The notes under the pieces: model-generated
Database searches by the model: none
What the model saw: the letters and a program-made list of their open reading frames with translations, nothing else
What the model was told of the DNA's origin: nothing
Assembly (NCBI GenBank): GCA_963698165.1
Contig: CAVOPT010000023.1
Location: 25,704 to 89,703 of the forward strand
Origin: an uncultured delta proteobacterium
Lineage (GTDB): Bacteria > Desulfobacterota > Syntrophobacteria > Syntrophobacterales > Syntrophobacteraceae
Reading direction: 5' to 3'
DNA: 64,000 nt
Shown here: positions 8,801 to 16,918 of the stretch, one piece after another
How positions within the stretch are numbered: the stretch's first letter is position 1
Layout: each line of letters starts with the position of its first letter
Translations under genes and position numbers: made by a program

Positions 8801-9825
8801 TCCTGGGCCCCAACGGGGAAATCCTGGGGGCGGGGCGCAGTTTCAAAGAGCTGAGCGCCCTCGCATCCCGGCGATACGAGGATGAAATCTGGGAAAAGGC
8901 CCGGGGGGAATGGGAGAGGGACGGCTTGAAGTCCTGGAACTTTGGCGATCTCCCCCGGCAAATCGAACTGGGAAGGGATGCCATGGGTCTCACCCGCCAT
9001 GCCTGCCTCGGTTTGTCCGCGGAGAGCAAGGGCGTCGCCGTCCGGCTTTTCCCGGACCCCGAATCCGCCAGGATGGCGACGCGAGCCGGGCTGATGCTCC
9101 TCTATGAGTTTGCCTTCGGCAGTGAGCTGCGGCAGGCGATGCGCAGCTGCGCTTTTCCCGAGAGCATGGCTTCCATGGTCTTTTTCGTGGGTCCTCGCGA
9201 CGAGGCGACCACGATCCTCCAGATCTATTTGAAGCAGGAGCTCTTCGATTTGCGGGACCCTCAATGGCCGGATCGAGCCAGGTTCGAGGCAACGGTGGCG
9301 GCCCTCCGGGGTCAGCTCCACGCCGTGAGCAGGGAAATCCTCGATGAGGTTGTGAGGGCCATGCAAGAGCGGGATGCGGCCAGGAGGAACATCCTGCGGT
9401 TCCGGCAAATGGCGGGGAGGGAAAAGGCCATCCACGCGCGTATGGAGGTCATCCTGGAAGAACTGGAGGCCCTGATGCCGCCTGAGTTCCTGACCGTATA
9501 CCGCCGCCCCCGCATCCAGCAGCTTCCCCGCTACCTCAGGGCTCTGGGGCTGAGGAGCGAGCGGGCTTATGCCTCTCCCGGCAAGGACATTCTGAAGGGG
9601 AAACTGGTGGCTCCCCATCAGGAACGGGTTGCGAAGTTGAAAATGGAGGCCGAAAAGAGGTATGAGGAGAAAGCGGACGTGTTCCTCGATGAATTTCGGT
9701 GGATGATCGAGGAATTCAAGATCAGCGTGTTCGCCCCTGAAATCAAAACGCTCTTTCGCATCTCCGAAAAGCGACTGGATGAGAAGTGGCAAGAATGGGA
9801 GACCGGGAATCAAAGGAAGCCTTGA
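5860..9825 (+). CDS. hrpA: ATP-dependent RNA helicase HrpA (DEAH-box)
   Basis: 1321 aa. GETGSGKSTQIPK (Walker A), DEAHER, TSATID and the long C-terminal HrpA-type region. The start is a TTG at 5860 and is uncertain, since no upstream ATG lies in frame. Confidence 0.9.
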   Translation: MSPTVLRSGPPSFSSAPSSRPKGSIPITYPAELPIVEKREAIIGALQREQVLVVVGETGSGKSTQIPKMCLEAGRGAQGLIGCTQPRRIAAVTLAARVAEELGEKGGGLVGHKIRFQDRTSRNTRIKFMTDGILLAEVQRDRAFRAYDTIIVDEAHERTLNIDFLLGLIKRVLPRRPELKVIITSATIDPEKFSRAFDGAPIIEVSGRMYPVDVRYRPLDATDGEGDDATHVDQAIEAVGTLKSHSGSGGRGDILVFMPTESDIRETVQRLEETRYFNTVVYPLFGRMAAGDQQRVFRATTEEKIIVATNVAETSVTIPRIRYVVDTGLARVSHYNARSRTQGLPVVPISQASADQRKGRCGRVEAGICIRLYSREDYLSRPLYTLPEIQRSNLAEVILRMLNLKLGNVQEFPFMDPPSPAAVKDGFGVLRELKAVDDHRRLTSLGRMMARLPLDPRLSRMLLEARKEGCLHEMVILAAALSVQDPRERPLDQEAAADQAHGAFRDPRSDFVGLLKTWNACWNWSARAHGSSGSPENDAGSDGVPVEGMNGDFASTETQAEWAIAESRTRTPDWRSPTSGPSRSSVRRFCRQHFLSYRRIREWRDVYEEILSILDEFGGFALNANPASFEQIHRAVVSGYLSHIAMRKEKNIYLAAKNRQVMVFPGSGLFNRGGAWIVASELVQTSRLFARTVANVEPEWLESLGRHLCRYTYFEPHWEKKRGQVTAFERVILYGLPIVDRRKVAYDRVRPEEAREIFIRSALVEGELPGRHDFLEHNRELIRRIEDLESRTRRRDLLVDEEALFRFYDSRLPLFADVRSLDSFIRDQGGDAVLRMKEEDLLRSAPDFDELSRFPDAFDWGAGELPLRYAFQPGGDEDGITVKIPVHALSRLHADPFQWMVPGLLEEKVMTLLKGLPKNIRKQLVPVGETARRIVERLDFREGSLHAELGRIIENLTGARVPLEVWEQIEMPPHLQMRFEILGPNGEILGAGRSFKELSALASRRYEDEIWEKARGEWERDGLKSWNFGDLPRQIELGRDAMGLTRHACLGLSAESKGVAVRLFPDPESARMATRAGLMLLYEFAFGSELRQAMRSCAFPESMASMVFFVGPRDEATTILQIYLKQELFDLRDPQWPDRARFEATVAALRGQLHAVSREILDEVVRAMQERDAARRNILRFRQMAGREKAIHARMEVILEELEALMPPEFLTVYRRPRIQQLPRYLRALGLRSERAYASPGKDILKGKLVAPHQERVAKLKMEAEKRYEEKADVFLDEFRWMIEEFKISVFAPEIKTLFRISEKRLDEKWQEWETGNQRKP

Positions 9826-10718
9826 GGCGCCGGCTGCTCGCGGACCCCAGCCGATTGCGGTGCCGGATCGAGGAAGTCCTGGGCAAGAAGTGCGGTTGCG
9901 AATCCCTTTACGAGAACGAACCCTGTGAGCGTGTCAGGTCGTCGTCGGTCATGCTGCTCCTGGGAGAGCACGCCGCCTCCAACGGCCACGCTCCGGAGAT
10001 TTGCTTCATTTTGAACAAAAGATCCATGAGCGTCCGGCAGGGTGGAGATCTCTGCTGCCCCGGCGGTACGGCCAATTCCAGGCTGGATCCCGCCATCGCG
10101 AGGCTCCTGACGCTTCCGGGCTCTCCCCTGACCCGTTGGGCCCACTGGCGGGAACTGCGGAAACGCAGCCCCGAGGAGGCGCGGCTCATTTCCCTGCTCC
10201 TCGCCACCGGGCTTAGGGAAAGCTGGGAGGAAATGAGGCTCTATCCATTCCTCGTGCGATTCCTCGGGCCCCTGCCTTCCCAGTGCCTCCTCCTCTTCCG
10301 CCGTGTCATCCATCCCATGGTCGCCTGGGTGTCCTGGCAGAGGCACTTCCTGCCAAGCTGGGAAGTGGAGAGAATCGTCACCATTCCGGTGCGTGAGCTC
10401 CTGGATTCGGATCGCTACGTGCGATACCGGCTGGATGTGCCTCCCCACATGGAGTGGCGCTTCAACGGAAAACCCGACGATTTCCCGTGTTTCCGATTCT
10501 TGCAGGGGGACCGGGTGGAGCTGCTCTGGGGGGTGACGTTCAGAATCGTGACCTTGATCCTGGAGTTGGTGTTCGAATTCACGGTTCCGCCCATGGCGTC
10601 GCTTCCGGTGGTCACGGGGGTCATCGACGAGAGCTACGTGCTGGGTCCCGCCACCGGCAATGGCCAGGAGGCCCGCAATGCCCGGAGGGAACAGGAAATC
10701 GAGAAATGCGTATCCTAG
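9786..10718 (+). CDS. Nudix-family hydrolase, CoA-pyrophosphatase-like
   Basis: ILNKRSMSVRQGGDLCCPGG ... GLRESWEEMRL resembles the NudL/CoA-pyrophosphatase signature plus a Nudix box interrupted by an insertion. It overlaps the hrpA end by 40 nt, so the start is uncertain. Confidence 0.55.
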   Translation: MARMGDRESKEALRRRLLADPSRLRCRIEEVLGKKCGCESLYENEPCERVRSSSVMLLLGEHAASNGHAPEICFILNKRSMSVRQGGDLCCPGGTANSRLDPAIARLLTLPGSPLTRWAHWRELRKRSPEEARLISLLLATGLRESWEEMRLYPFLVRFLGPLPSQCLLLFRRVIHPMVAWVSWQRHFLPSWEVERIVTIPVRELLDSDRYVRYRLDVPPHMEWRFNGKPDDFPCFRFLQGDRVELLWGVTFRIVTLILELVFEFTVPPMASLPVVTGVIDESYVLGPATGNGQEARNARREQEIEKCVS

Positions 10719-10761
10719 ACCGTTTCCTGACTCTGCAACCAGGTGAAAGGGGTTGGCTCAC

Positions 10762-11145
10762 ATGACTCGAGAAGGGGACGTGGTTCTGGTCTACGTGGAA
10801 GACAATCCTGCCTTCTTTGCGAGGGTGGAAGCCATTACCGCGGACGTGAAGACCGGCTGGTACCAGATGAAGATGCTGGTGCTCCAGGTTCCCCTTCTGG
10901 TCATCACGTGGATTCTTCGGGAGACTTACATCAACGGGGATGAATTCACCATGGGCGGAAAGCCGGTGAGGGTGGTCAAGGTGGTCACGCCGGCCGAGGA
11001 AACCGAGCTCTCCGACCTGGAAGAGACTCCGGAGAAAGAGCCGGAGGTCATTCACCCCGAGGAGAAAGCCCGCGGTGGGAAGAATGGGGAAGCAGGCAAG
11101 GTTGTCTCCCTGGCGGACCGCAGGAAGAAAGATCAGTCTCCCTGA
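10762..11145 (+). CDS. hypothetical protein
   Basis: ATG at 10762 (the ORF track starts at TTG 10753). MTREGDVVLVYVEDNPAFFARVEAITADVKTGWYQMKMLVL... has protein-like composition and an acidic/basic tail. No family recognised. Confidence 0.5.
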   Translation: MTREGDVVLVYVEDNPAFFARVEAITADVKTGWYQMKMLVLQVPLLVITWILRETYINGDEFTMGGKPVRVVKVVTPAEETELSDLEETPEKEPEVIHPEEKARGGKNGEAGKVVSLADRRKKDQSP

Positions 11146-11897
11146 CGGTGCCACCAATGGTCGTGGCCTTCGAACCACCAGTCGGTGAAGTCGGTGTTCA
11201 GGATTTCCTCCGCGATGCTCTTTCCCACCGCCGTTTTCAGGCGCTTCAGGGCATGGTGGATCCACTTTCCGGCGTAGGAGTTTCCGAGATCCCCCTGTTC
11301 CTTGAGCTCCAGGATAAGGTCCAGCTGGTCGGCATCGTGGGCCAGCTGCACCTCCAAAGCCTCGCCCTTCCGGTACTCCTCCATGAGCTCCCTGAATTCA
11401 TCGCCGAAAGGCAGGGTGCTCGCCAGATCCTCGATGGCCTCCCTTTCCCTGGCCTTGACGTATTGCTTGTTCACGTAGTTGAGGTCCCCGATGCGGGCTT
11501 CCGGGACGTCGTGAAAGAGGCACAGGCAAACGACCTTGAACGGGTCGGCACTCGGCGTGAGCTTTGCCAGGGTGTATCCTATCATCGTCACCCGGTACGA
11601 ATGGTCGGCAACGGATTCTTTCCCCGAGCCGAGGAACTGGTACCCGCTACGGGGGGTTTTTTTGAGCATGCCGAGTTCGAAGAAAAAGTTGACGACGTTC
11701 TTGTGATCGGGTTGAGGAGTCTCGGCGGCCCCGGCGGGGGAGTGCTTGGCATGCCTCTTCACGGCTTGGGATCTACCTTTCCTGGTCTGTTGGGGAGAGG
11801 GTTCTCTTCCGTCCTTTTCCCGGGTGGTCCCGGGACTCTTTCGCCACCCGGTGGATGAGGGACGTGGGGATTCTATCAAAGGTCCCCTGCTTGTCAA
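11133..11897 (-). CDS. HD-domain phosphohydrolase (YfbR-like 5'-nucleotidase family) with a basic N-terminal extension
   Basis: SVADHSYRVTMIGYTLA and LFHDVPEARIGDLNYV give the H...HD...D pattern of the HD superfamily. The N-terminal ~70 aa are K/R/P-rich. Confidence 0.7.
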   Translation of the reverse strand: MTSRGPLIESPRPSSTGWRKSPGTTREKDGREPSPQQTRKGRSQAVKRHAKHSPAGAAETPQPDHKNVVNFFFELGMLKKTPRSGYQFLGSGKESVADHSYRVTMIGYTLAKLTPSADPFKVVCLCLFHDVPEARIGDLNYVNKQYVKAREREAIEDLASTLPFGDEFRELMEEYRKGEALEVQLAHDADQLDLILELKEQGDLGNSYAGKWIHHALKRLKTAVGKSIAEEILNTDFTDWWFEGHDHWWHRQGD

Positions 11898-12076
11898 TCC
11901 ATCCGGCGAAGACCTCGCCCCTCGCTCCCGGGAATCCCATTGACACGCTATGTGAAACCGGATATGCGATAAATCAAGATCGCCTCTTGTTCCGTCGGGC
12001 TTCCCCCGGCCCAGGGGAACAAGCCTTCTTCCCTCATGCGGCGTCCTGGTGCGTGGTGTCCTCGCCTTGAAGGTTT

Positions 12077-15000
12077 GTGATCCGTGATGACCCGAGGGTC
12101 GGAGGCCTCATACAGATGCGTTCGGATGCCGGTCAGCGAATCGACGATTCGGACCCCCGCTTCAGGATCTTCTATGAGCTCATGCAGAGAAAGGTGCGGG
12201 ACATCCTCCTCGTCTCGACCCTGTATGACGCCTGCATCATGGAGGAAGACGGGCGCCTCGTCGAACGCATCATCAACGAATACCGAGGTCTGAACCTCAG
12301 CCAGCCGCCCCGCATCAACTGGGCATCCACCGCCGAAGAAGCCCTCCATCTCCTGGACACGAAGAATATCGACCTCGTCATCACCATGCTGCGCCTTGCG
12401 GACATGGACGCGTACGCCCTTGCCGAGCGAATCCGGGAGAAGGTGCCGGACCTTCCCATTCTGCTTCTCTCCCACACGGTTCCGGACCCTCAGTGCGCGT
12501 CCGAGACGGTCCACCGGTCCATCGACAGGACCTTCGTCTGGACGGGGAATGCCGATCTCCTGCTTGCCCTCATCAAGAGCACGGAAGACCGGTGGAACGT
12601 CGTGCCCGACACCCAGTCGGCGGGCGTCCGGGTCATCCTCTTCGTGGAAGATTCCCCCCTGTACCGGTCGACGCTGCTGCCGGTTCTCTACAAGGAGGTG
12701 GTTTCGCAGATCCAGGCCGTCATGGAGGAAGGGCTCAACGAGGAGCACAAGCTCCTCACCATGCGTGCCCGTCCCAAGATTCTGGTGGCTGAAACCTTCG
12801 AGGAGGCCACGGAGCTTTTCAGGCGTTTCGAGCCCAACGTCCTCGGCGTGATTTCCGACGTGAGATTTCCCTTTGAGTGCAGAATGGACGACAGCGCGGG
12901 AGTCCGGTTTCTCAAGGAAATCAAGCGGGAACGATTCGACATCCCCCTTCTCCTGACCAGTTCCGACCCGGCCAACTCGGGGAAGGCTGCGGAAATCCCC
13001 GCCGTGTTTCTCAATAAGAATTCCCCTACGCTCCACGACGACATCCGGGCCTTTCTCAAGTTTCAGCTGGGTTTCGGGAGCTTCATCTTTCGCATGCCTG
13101 ACGGCCGGGAGATCACCAGGGTTTCCAACATACGGTCGCTGGAGCGGGTGCTCCCTTCGATCCCGGCCGAATCCTTCCGCCATCACTGGACCCACAACGA
13201 TTTCTCGCGATGGCTCTTTGCCCGCACCGAAATCATCGTCGCCTCGAAACTGCGGCCCGTGACCGACGCGGATTTCAAGGGTGACGAGGAGGAGATGAAA
13301 CGGTTCCTCGTGACGGTCCTCCGCAAGCGTCGCCGGTGGCAGCAGCTGGCCGTCGTCGCAACCCTGGAAGCCGAGGATTTCGATCCGGAAATGGAGTTTT
13401 TCCGGGTGGGAAAGGGGTCCCTGGGAGGCAAGGGGCGCGGTCTCGTGTTCCTTTTCAATCTCTTGCGTTTGAAACGATCCCTCCACGAGAATTTCCCTCA
13501 GCTCGACATCGTGCTTCCCCAGACCCTCATCGTGACGACGGAGGGGTTCGAATCCTTCGTACAGCTTAACAACCTGAAGGACCGGGTGAAGGGAAACCTC
13601 TCCGATGAGGAGATCGGCGGCGTCTTTCTCGGGGCGGATTTCCCGGGATGGCTGGAGAAGAGGCTCGCCGCATACCTTTCGAAAGTGGAGTATCCTCTCG
13701 CCATCCGGTCCTCGAGCATTCTGGAGGACAGCCATTCGCGACCCTACGCCGGGCTTTACAAAACCTACATGCTCCCCAACAACCATCCGCGTTTCGACAA
13801 ACGCCTGGAACAGCTCGTCACCGCCATCAAGCTGGTTTATGCCTCCACCTATTACAGAGGGCCCAGGAGCTTTGCCGGCCGAACGCCTTACGGAGTGGAA
13901 GAGGACAAGATGGCCGTCGTGGTTCAGAGGCTTGTGGGGAGGCCTTACGGGGGGCACTTCTATCCTGCCGTTTCCGGAGTGGCCCAATCCTACAACTACT
14001 ATCCGTTTCCGCCCATGAAGCCTGAGGACGGCATCGCCCACATGGCCCTCGGCCTGGGGAGGACCGTGGTGGAAGGGGGCAGGACGGTCCGGTTTTCACC
14101 CAGGTACCCTCAGGTGCTTCCCGCCTTTTCCACGGTTGAAGGGATTCTCGACAGCGCCCAGGGGGAGTTCTACTCCCTCGACCTGCAACAGCCGGAGGTG
14201 GTCCTGGAGGTCCGAGAGGAATCCAACCTGGAGAAGCGGCACATCATGGAGGCAGCCAACGAGGAGCCGGTGATCCTGCTCTCCGACACCTACGTGCCGG
14301 AAGAGCACCGGATCAGGGAGGGGTCCGGGTCACCCGGCACCCGGGTTCTGACGTTTTCCCACATCCTCAAATACAACGCGCTGCCCCTCGCGGGGGTCCT
14401 CTCGGAACTCCTCCCCATGGGAAAGACGGGAATGGGCTGCCCCGTCGAGATAGAATTCTCCATAAACCTCTTCAATCCGGATGAAAATCGCCGCTCCGAG
14501 CTCGCATTGCTGCAGATACGCCCCATGGGCGGCCAGGAGCGGTTTGGCGAGGTCCAGATAAGCGACGACGAGATCGCCGCCGCTTTCTGTTATTCGTCCC
14601 ATGCCCTGGGAAACGGCGTTAAGGAACAGCTGGAGGACATCCTCTTCGTCATGCCGGACCTGTTCGATGTGGCCCGCACCAGGGAGATCGCCCGGGAGAT
14701 CGGGTCCCTCAACGCCAGGCTCCTGGAGGCGAAGCGCAAGTACCTCCTCATCGGTCCCGGCCGCTGGGGCAGCGCGGACCGGTGGCTTGGAATCCCCGTG
14801 GACTGGCATGACATCTCGGGCGTCGAGGCCATCGTGGAAGCGGCAACGAGGGAACTCAAGGCGGAACCTTCCCAGGGTTCCCACTTCTTCCACAACATCA
14901 CGTCCCTCGGCATCGATTACGTCATGGTGACACAAGACGGTTCGGATTTTCTCGACTGGGACTGGCTCCAGTCCCAACACAGAGTGGGCGGGACGCGCCA

Positions 15001-15094
15001 CGTGGCCCACGTTCGATTGGAAAGGCCTTTCGTCATCAAGGTGCAAGGCAGGCAGTCCCGCTGCGTGATGCTGAAGGGTCTTCAACTGCCTTGA
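12077..15094 (+). CDS. response-regulator-like protein fused to a PEP synthase/pyruvate phosphate dikinase N-terminal (PPDK_N, ATP-grasp) domain, copy 1
   Basis: 1005 aa. Two receiver-like regions (ILLVSTLYDACIMEEDG...DLVITMLRLADMDAY and VRVILFVEDSPLY...VLGVISDVRFP...IPLLLTSS). Then GKGSLGGKGRGL, LAIRSSSILEDS..PYAGLYKTY and MAVVVQRLVG, as in the nucleotide-binding domain of PpsA/PPDK. The conserved C-terminal motif is EPSQGSHFFHNITSLGI. GTG start at 12077, with an alternative ATG at 12116. Confidence 0.8.
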   Translation: MIRDDPRVGGLIQMRSDAGQRIDDSDPRFRIFYELMQRKVRDILLVSTLYDACIMEEDGRLVERIINEYRGLNLSQPPRINWASTAEEALHLLDTKNIDLVITMLRLADMDAYALAERIREKVPDLPILLLSHTVPDPQCASETVHRSIDRTFVWTGNADLLLALIKSTEDRWNVVPDTQSAGVRVILFVEDSPLYRSTLLPVLYKEVVSQIQAVMEEGLNEEHKLLTMRARPKILVAETFEEATELFRRFEPNVLGVISDVRFPFECRMDDSAGVRFLKEIKRERFDIPLLLTSSDPANSGKAAEIPAVFLNKNSPTLHDDIRAFLKFQLGFGSFIFRMPDGREITRVSNIRSLERVLPSIPAESFRHHWTHNDFSRWLFARTEIIVASKLRPVTDADFKGDEEEMKRFLVTVLRKRRRWQQLAVVATLEAEDFDPEMEFFRVGKGSLGGKGRGLVFLFNLLRLKRSLHENFPQLDIVLPQTLIVTTEGFESFVQLNNLKDRVKGNLSDEEIGGVFLGADFPGWLEKRLAAYLSKVEYPLAIRSSSILEDSHSRPYAGLYKTYMLPNNHPRFDKRLEQLVTAIKLVYASTYYRGPRSFAGRTPYGVEEDKMAVVVQRLVGRPYGGHFYPAVSGVAQSYNYYPFPPMKPEDGIAHMALGLGRTVVEGGRTVRFSPRYPQVLPAFSTVEGILDSAQGEFYSLDLQQPEVVLEVREESNLEKRHIMEAANEEPVILLSDTYVPEEHRIREGSGSPGTRVLTFSHILKYNALPLAGVLSELLPMGKTGMGCPVEIEFSINLFNPDENRRSELALLQIRPMGGQERFGEVQISDDEIAAAFCYSSHALGNGVKEQLEDILFVMPDLFDVARTREIAREIGSLNARLLEAKRKYLLIGPGRWGSADRWLGIPVDWHDISGVEAIVEAATRELKAEPSQGSHFFHNITSLGIDYVMVTQDGSDFLDWDWLQSQHRVGGTRHVAHVRLERPFVIKVQGRQSRCVMLKGLQLP

Positions 15095-15215
15095 CGGGCC
15101 TCGGCGGTCCAATGGGCGCCCTTTAGGGCATGCGCAGGGAAGGGGCTCTTCGCCACATGACAAGAGGAAGAGACACTTGGCGGATGAACGTGACGGGTTT
15201 TCAAGGAGGAGCGAC

Positions 15216-16565
15216 ATGTCGGACATCATGGAAATCGTGAAGAGCAGGAATCCCCACGAAAAAGAATTCCATCAGGCCGTGGGGGAGGTCGCGGATTCCG
15301 TCAAGCCGGTTCTCGACCGCAATCCCCAATACAGGCACCAGAAGATCCTGGAGCGGATGGTGGAGCCCGAGCGGGTCATCATGTTCCGCGTGGTGTGGAT
15401 GGACGACCGGGGAACCGTCCAGGTGAACCGTGGCTACCGTATTCAGATGAGCAGTGCCATTGGGCCCTACAAAGGCGGGCTGCGCTTTCACCCGTCGGTG
15501 AACCTCAGCATACTGAAGTTTCTCGCCTTCGAACAGGTGTTCAAGAATGCCCTCACCACCCTCCCCATGGGCGGGGGCAAGGGCGGGTCGGACTTCGACC
15601 CCAAGGGGAAATCCGACAACGAGGTCATGCGCTTCTGCCAGAGCTTCATGTGCGAACTGTACCGCCACGTGGGGGCGGACACGGACGTCCCGGCGGGGGA
15701 CATCGGAGTGGGGGCGCGGGAAGTCGGTTACCTCTTCGGAATGTACAAACGATTGTGCAATGAATTCACCGGGGTGTTCACCGGGAAGAGCCTGAACTGG
15801 GGAGGGAGCCTCATCCGTCGCGAAGCGACGGGCTATGGGTGTGTCTATTTCGCATCCGAGATGCTCGCGACCAGGAACCAAAGCCTGGAAGGGAAAGTGT
15901 GCCTCGTCTCCGGTTCCGGCAATGTGGCCCAATACACGGTGGAGAAGATCCTCGATCTCGGGGGCAAGGTGGTGACCCTCTCGGATTCCAATGGACACAT
16001 CCATGACGAGAGCGGTATCGACCGGGAGAAGCTGGCTTTCGTGAAGGAGTTGAAAAACGTCAGGAGAGGCCGCATCAAAGAGTACGCTGAAAAGTATCCC
16101 GCCTCGTTCTACACGCCGGCGGAACCCGCCGGGGATTCCAATCCCATCTGGGATCACAAGGCGGACTGTGCCTTCCCTTCAGCCACGGAAAACGAGATCA
16201 ACGGCAAGGATGCCCAAAACCTCGTGAAGAACGGGGTCCAACTGGTGGCCGAAGGGGCGAACATGCCGACCACGCCTGAAGGGGTCGACGTCTTCATGGA
16301 AAACCGCATTCTCTATGCTCCGGGAAAGGCATCCAACGCCGGCGGGGTTGCCGTCTCGGGCCTTGAGATGACTCAGAACAGCATGCGCTTGAGCTGGACC
16401 CGGGAGGAAGTGGACACCCGGTTGCGAACCATCATGAAAACGATTCACAGGACTTGCCTGGACGCATCCGCCCATTACGGCATCCGCGGAGATTACATGA
16501 AAGGGGCCAATATCGCCGGGTTCGTCAAGGTGGCGGAAGCATTGCTCGATCATGGGCTCGTATAA
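15216..16565 (+). CDS. gdhA: NADP-type glutamate dehydrogenase, copy 1
   Basis: GYRIQMSSAIGPYKGGLRFHP, LPMGGGKGGSDFDPKGKS and GSGNVAQY are hallmarks of the hexameric GdhA family. ATG at 15216 with AGGAGG 7 nt upstream. The ORF-track start at 15177 is less likely. Confidence 0.92.
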   Translation: MSDIMEIVKSRNPHEKEFHQAVGEVADSVKPVLDRNPQYRHQKILERMVEPERVIMFRVVWMDDRGTVQVNRGYRIQMSSAIGPYKGGLRFHPSVNLSILKFLAFEQVFKNALTTLPMGGGKGGSDFDPKGKSDNEVMRFCQSFMCELYRHVGADTDVPAGDIGVGAREVGYLFGMYKRLCNEFTGVFTGKSLNWGGSLIRREATGYGCVYFASEMLATRNQSLEGKVCLVSGSGNVAQYTVEKILDLGGKVVTLSDSNGHIHDESGIDREKLAFVKELKNVRRGRIKEYAEKYPASFYTPAEPAGDSNPIWDHKADCAFPSATENEINGKDAQNLVKNGVQLVAEGANMPTTPEGVDVFMENRILYAPGKASNAGGVAVSGLEMTQNSMRLSWTREEVDTRLRTIMKTIHRTCLDASAHYGIRGDYMKGANIAGFVKVAEALLDHGLV

Positions 16566-16627
16566 GGCGGAACGAAGGGGCCTTGAGTCGGTTTTTGAGA
16601 GCCGTGCCTGCGCGATTCATGACGGCA

Positions 16628-16697
16628 AACCACGAAGGGCACGAAGAATCACGAAGGAATTCATCTTCTTCGTGCCCTTCGCGTTCTTCGTGGTTCA
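16628..16697. repeat. large imperfect palindrome built from the cacgaagggcacgaag repeat family
   Basis: aaccacgaagggcacgaagaatcacgaaggaattcatcttcttcgtgcccttcgcgttcttcgtggtt. The left and right arms are reverse complements. It lies about 60 nt after the gdhA copy-1 stop and could act as a stem-loop or terminator. Confidence 0.65.
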
Positions 16698-16833
16698 GTG
16701 GTTCAAATGATATCCATCAGAATATTTCCGAGCAGTTGCACACGCCCACCCTGATCACCATTGGCGATGAAATCCATAACTTTTCCGAGTAAAATCAATT
16801 AAATTTCTTTTGACATCCCCTTAAAAAATCCCC

Positions 16834-16864
16834 TTGACAAGGAATCTGATGTCTGATATATCAG
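16834..16864 (+). promoter_or_regulatory. candidate sigma70-type promoter overlapping a perfect 12-bp palindrome, upstream of REC-PPDK_N copy 2
   Basis: TTGACA (16834-16839), 17-nt spacer, TATATC (16857-16862). The perfect palindrome ctgatatatcag (16853-16864) overlaps the -10. A second TTGACA lies at 16810-16815, with a direct repeat tcccctt/tcccctt. The stretch is unusually AT-rich for this window. Confidence 0.45.
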
Positions 16865-16918
16865 ATTTCAACTCTGCAAGGTTGCTCCATCCCGCAACGT
16901 TCGAGGGAGGATGTTGGC

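Noticed and set aside
7069-9813. Minus-strand ORFs 7069..8190 (373 aa) and 8293..9813 (506 aa)
   Set aside because: Antisense to hrpA, with shadow-ORF composition and no motifs.
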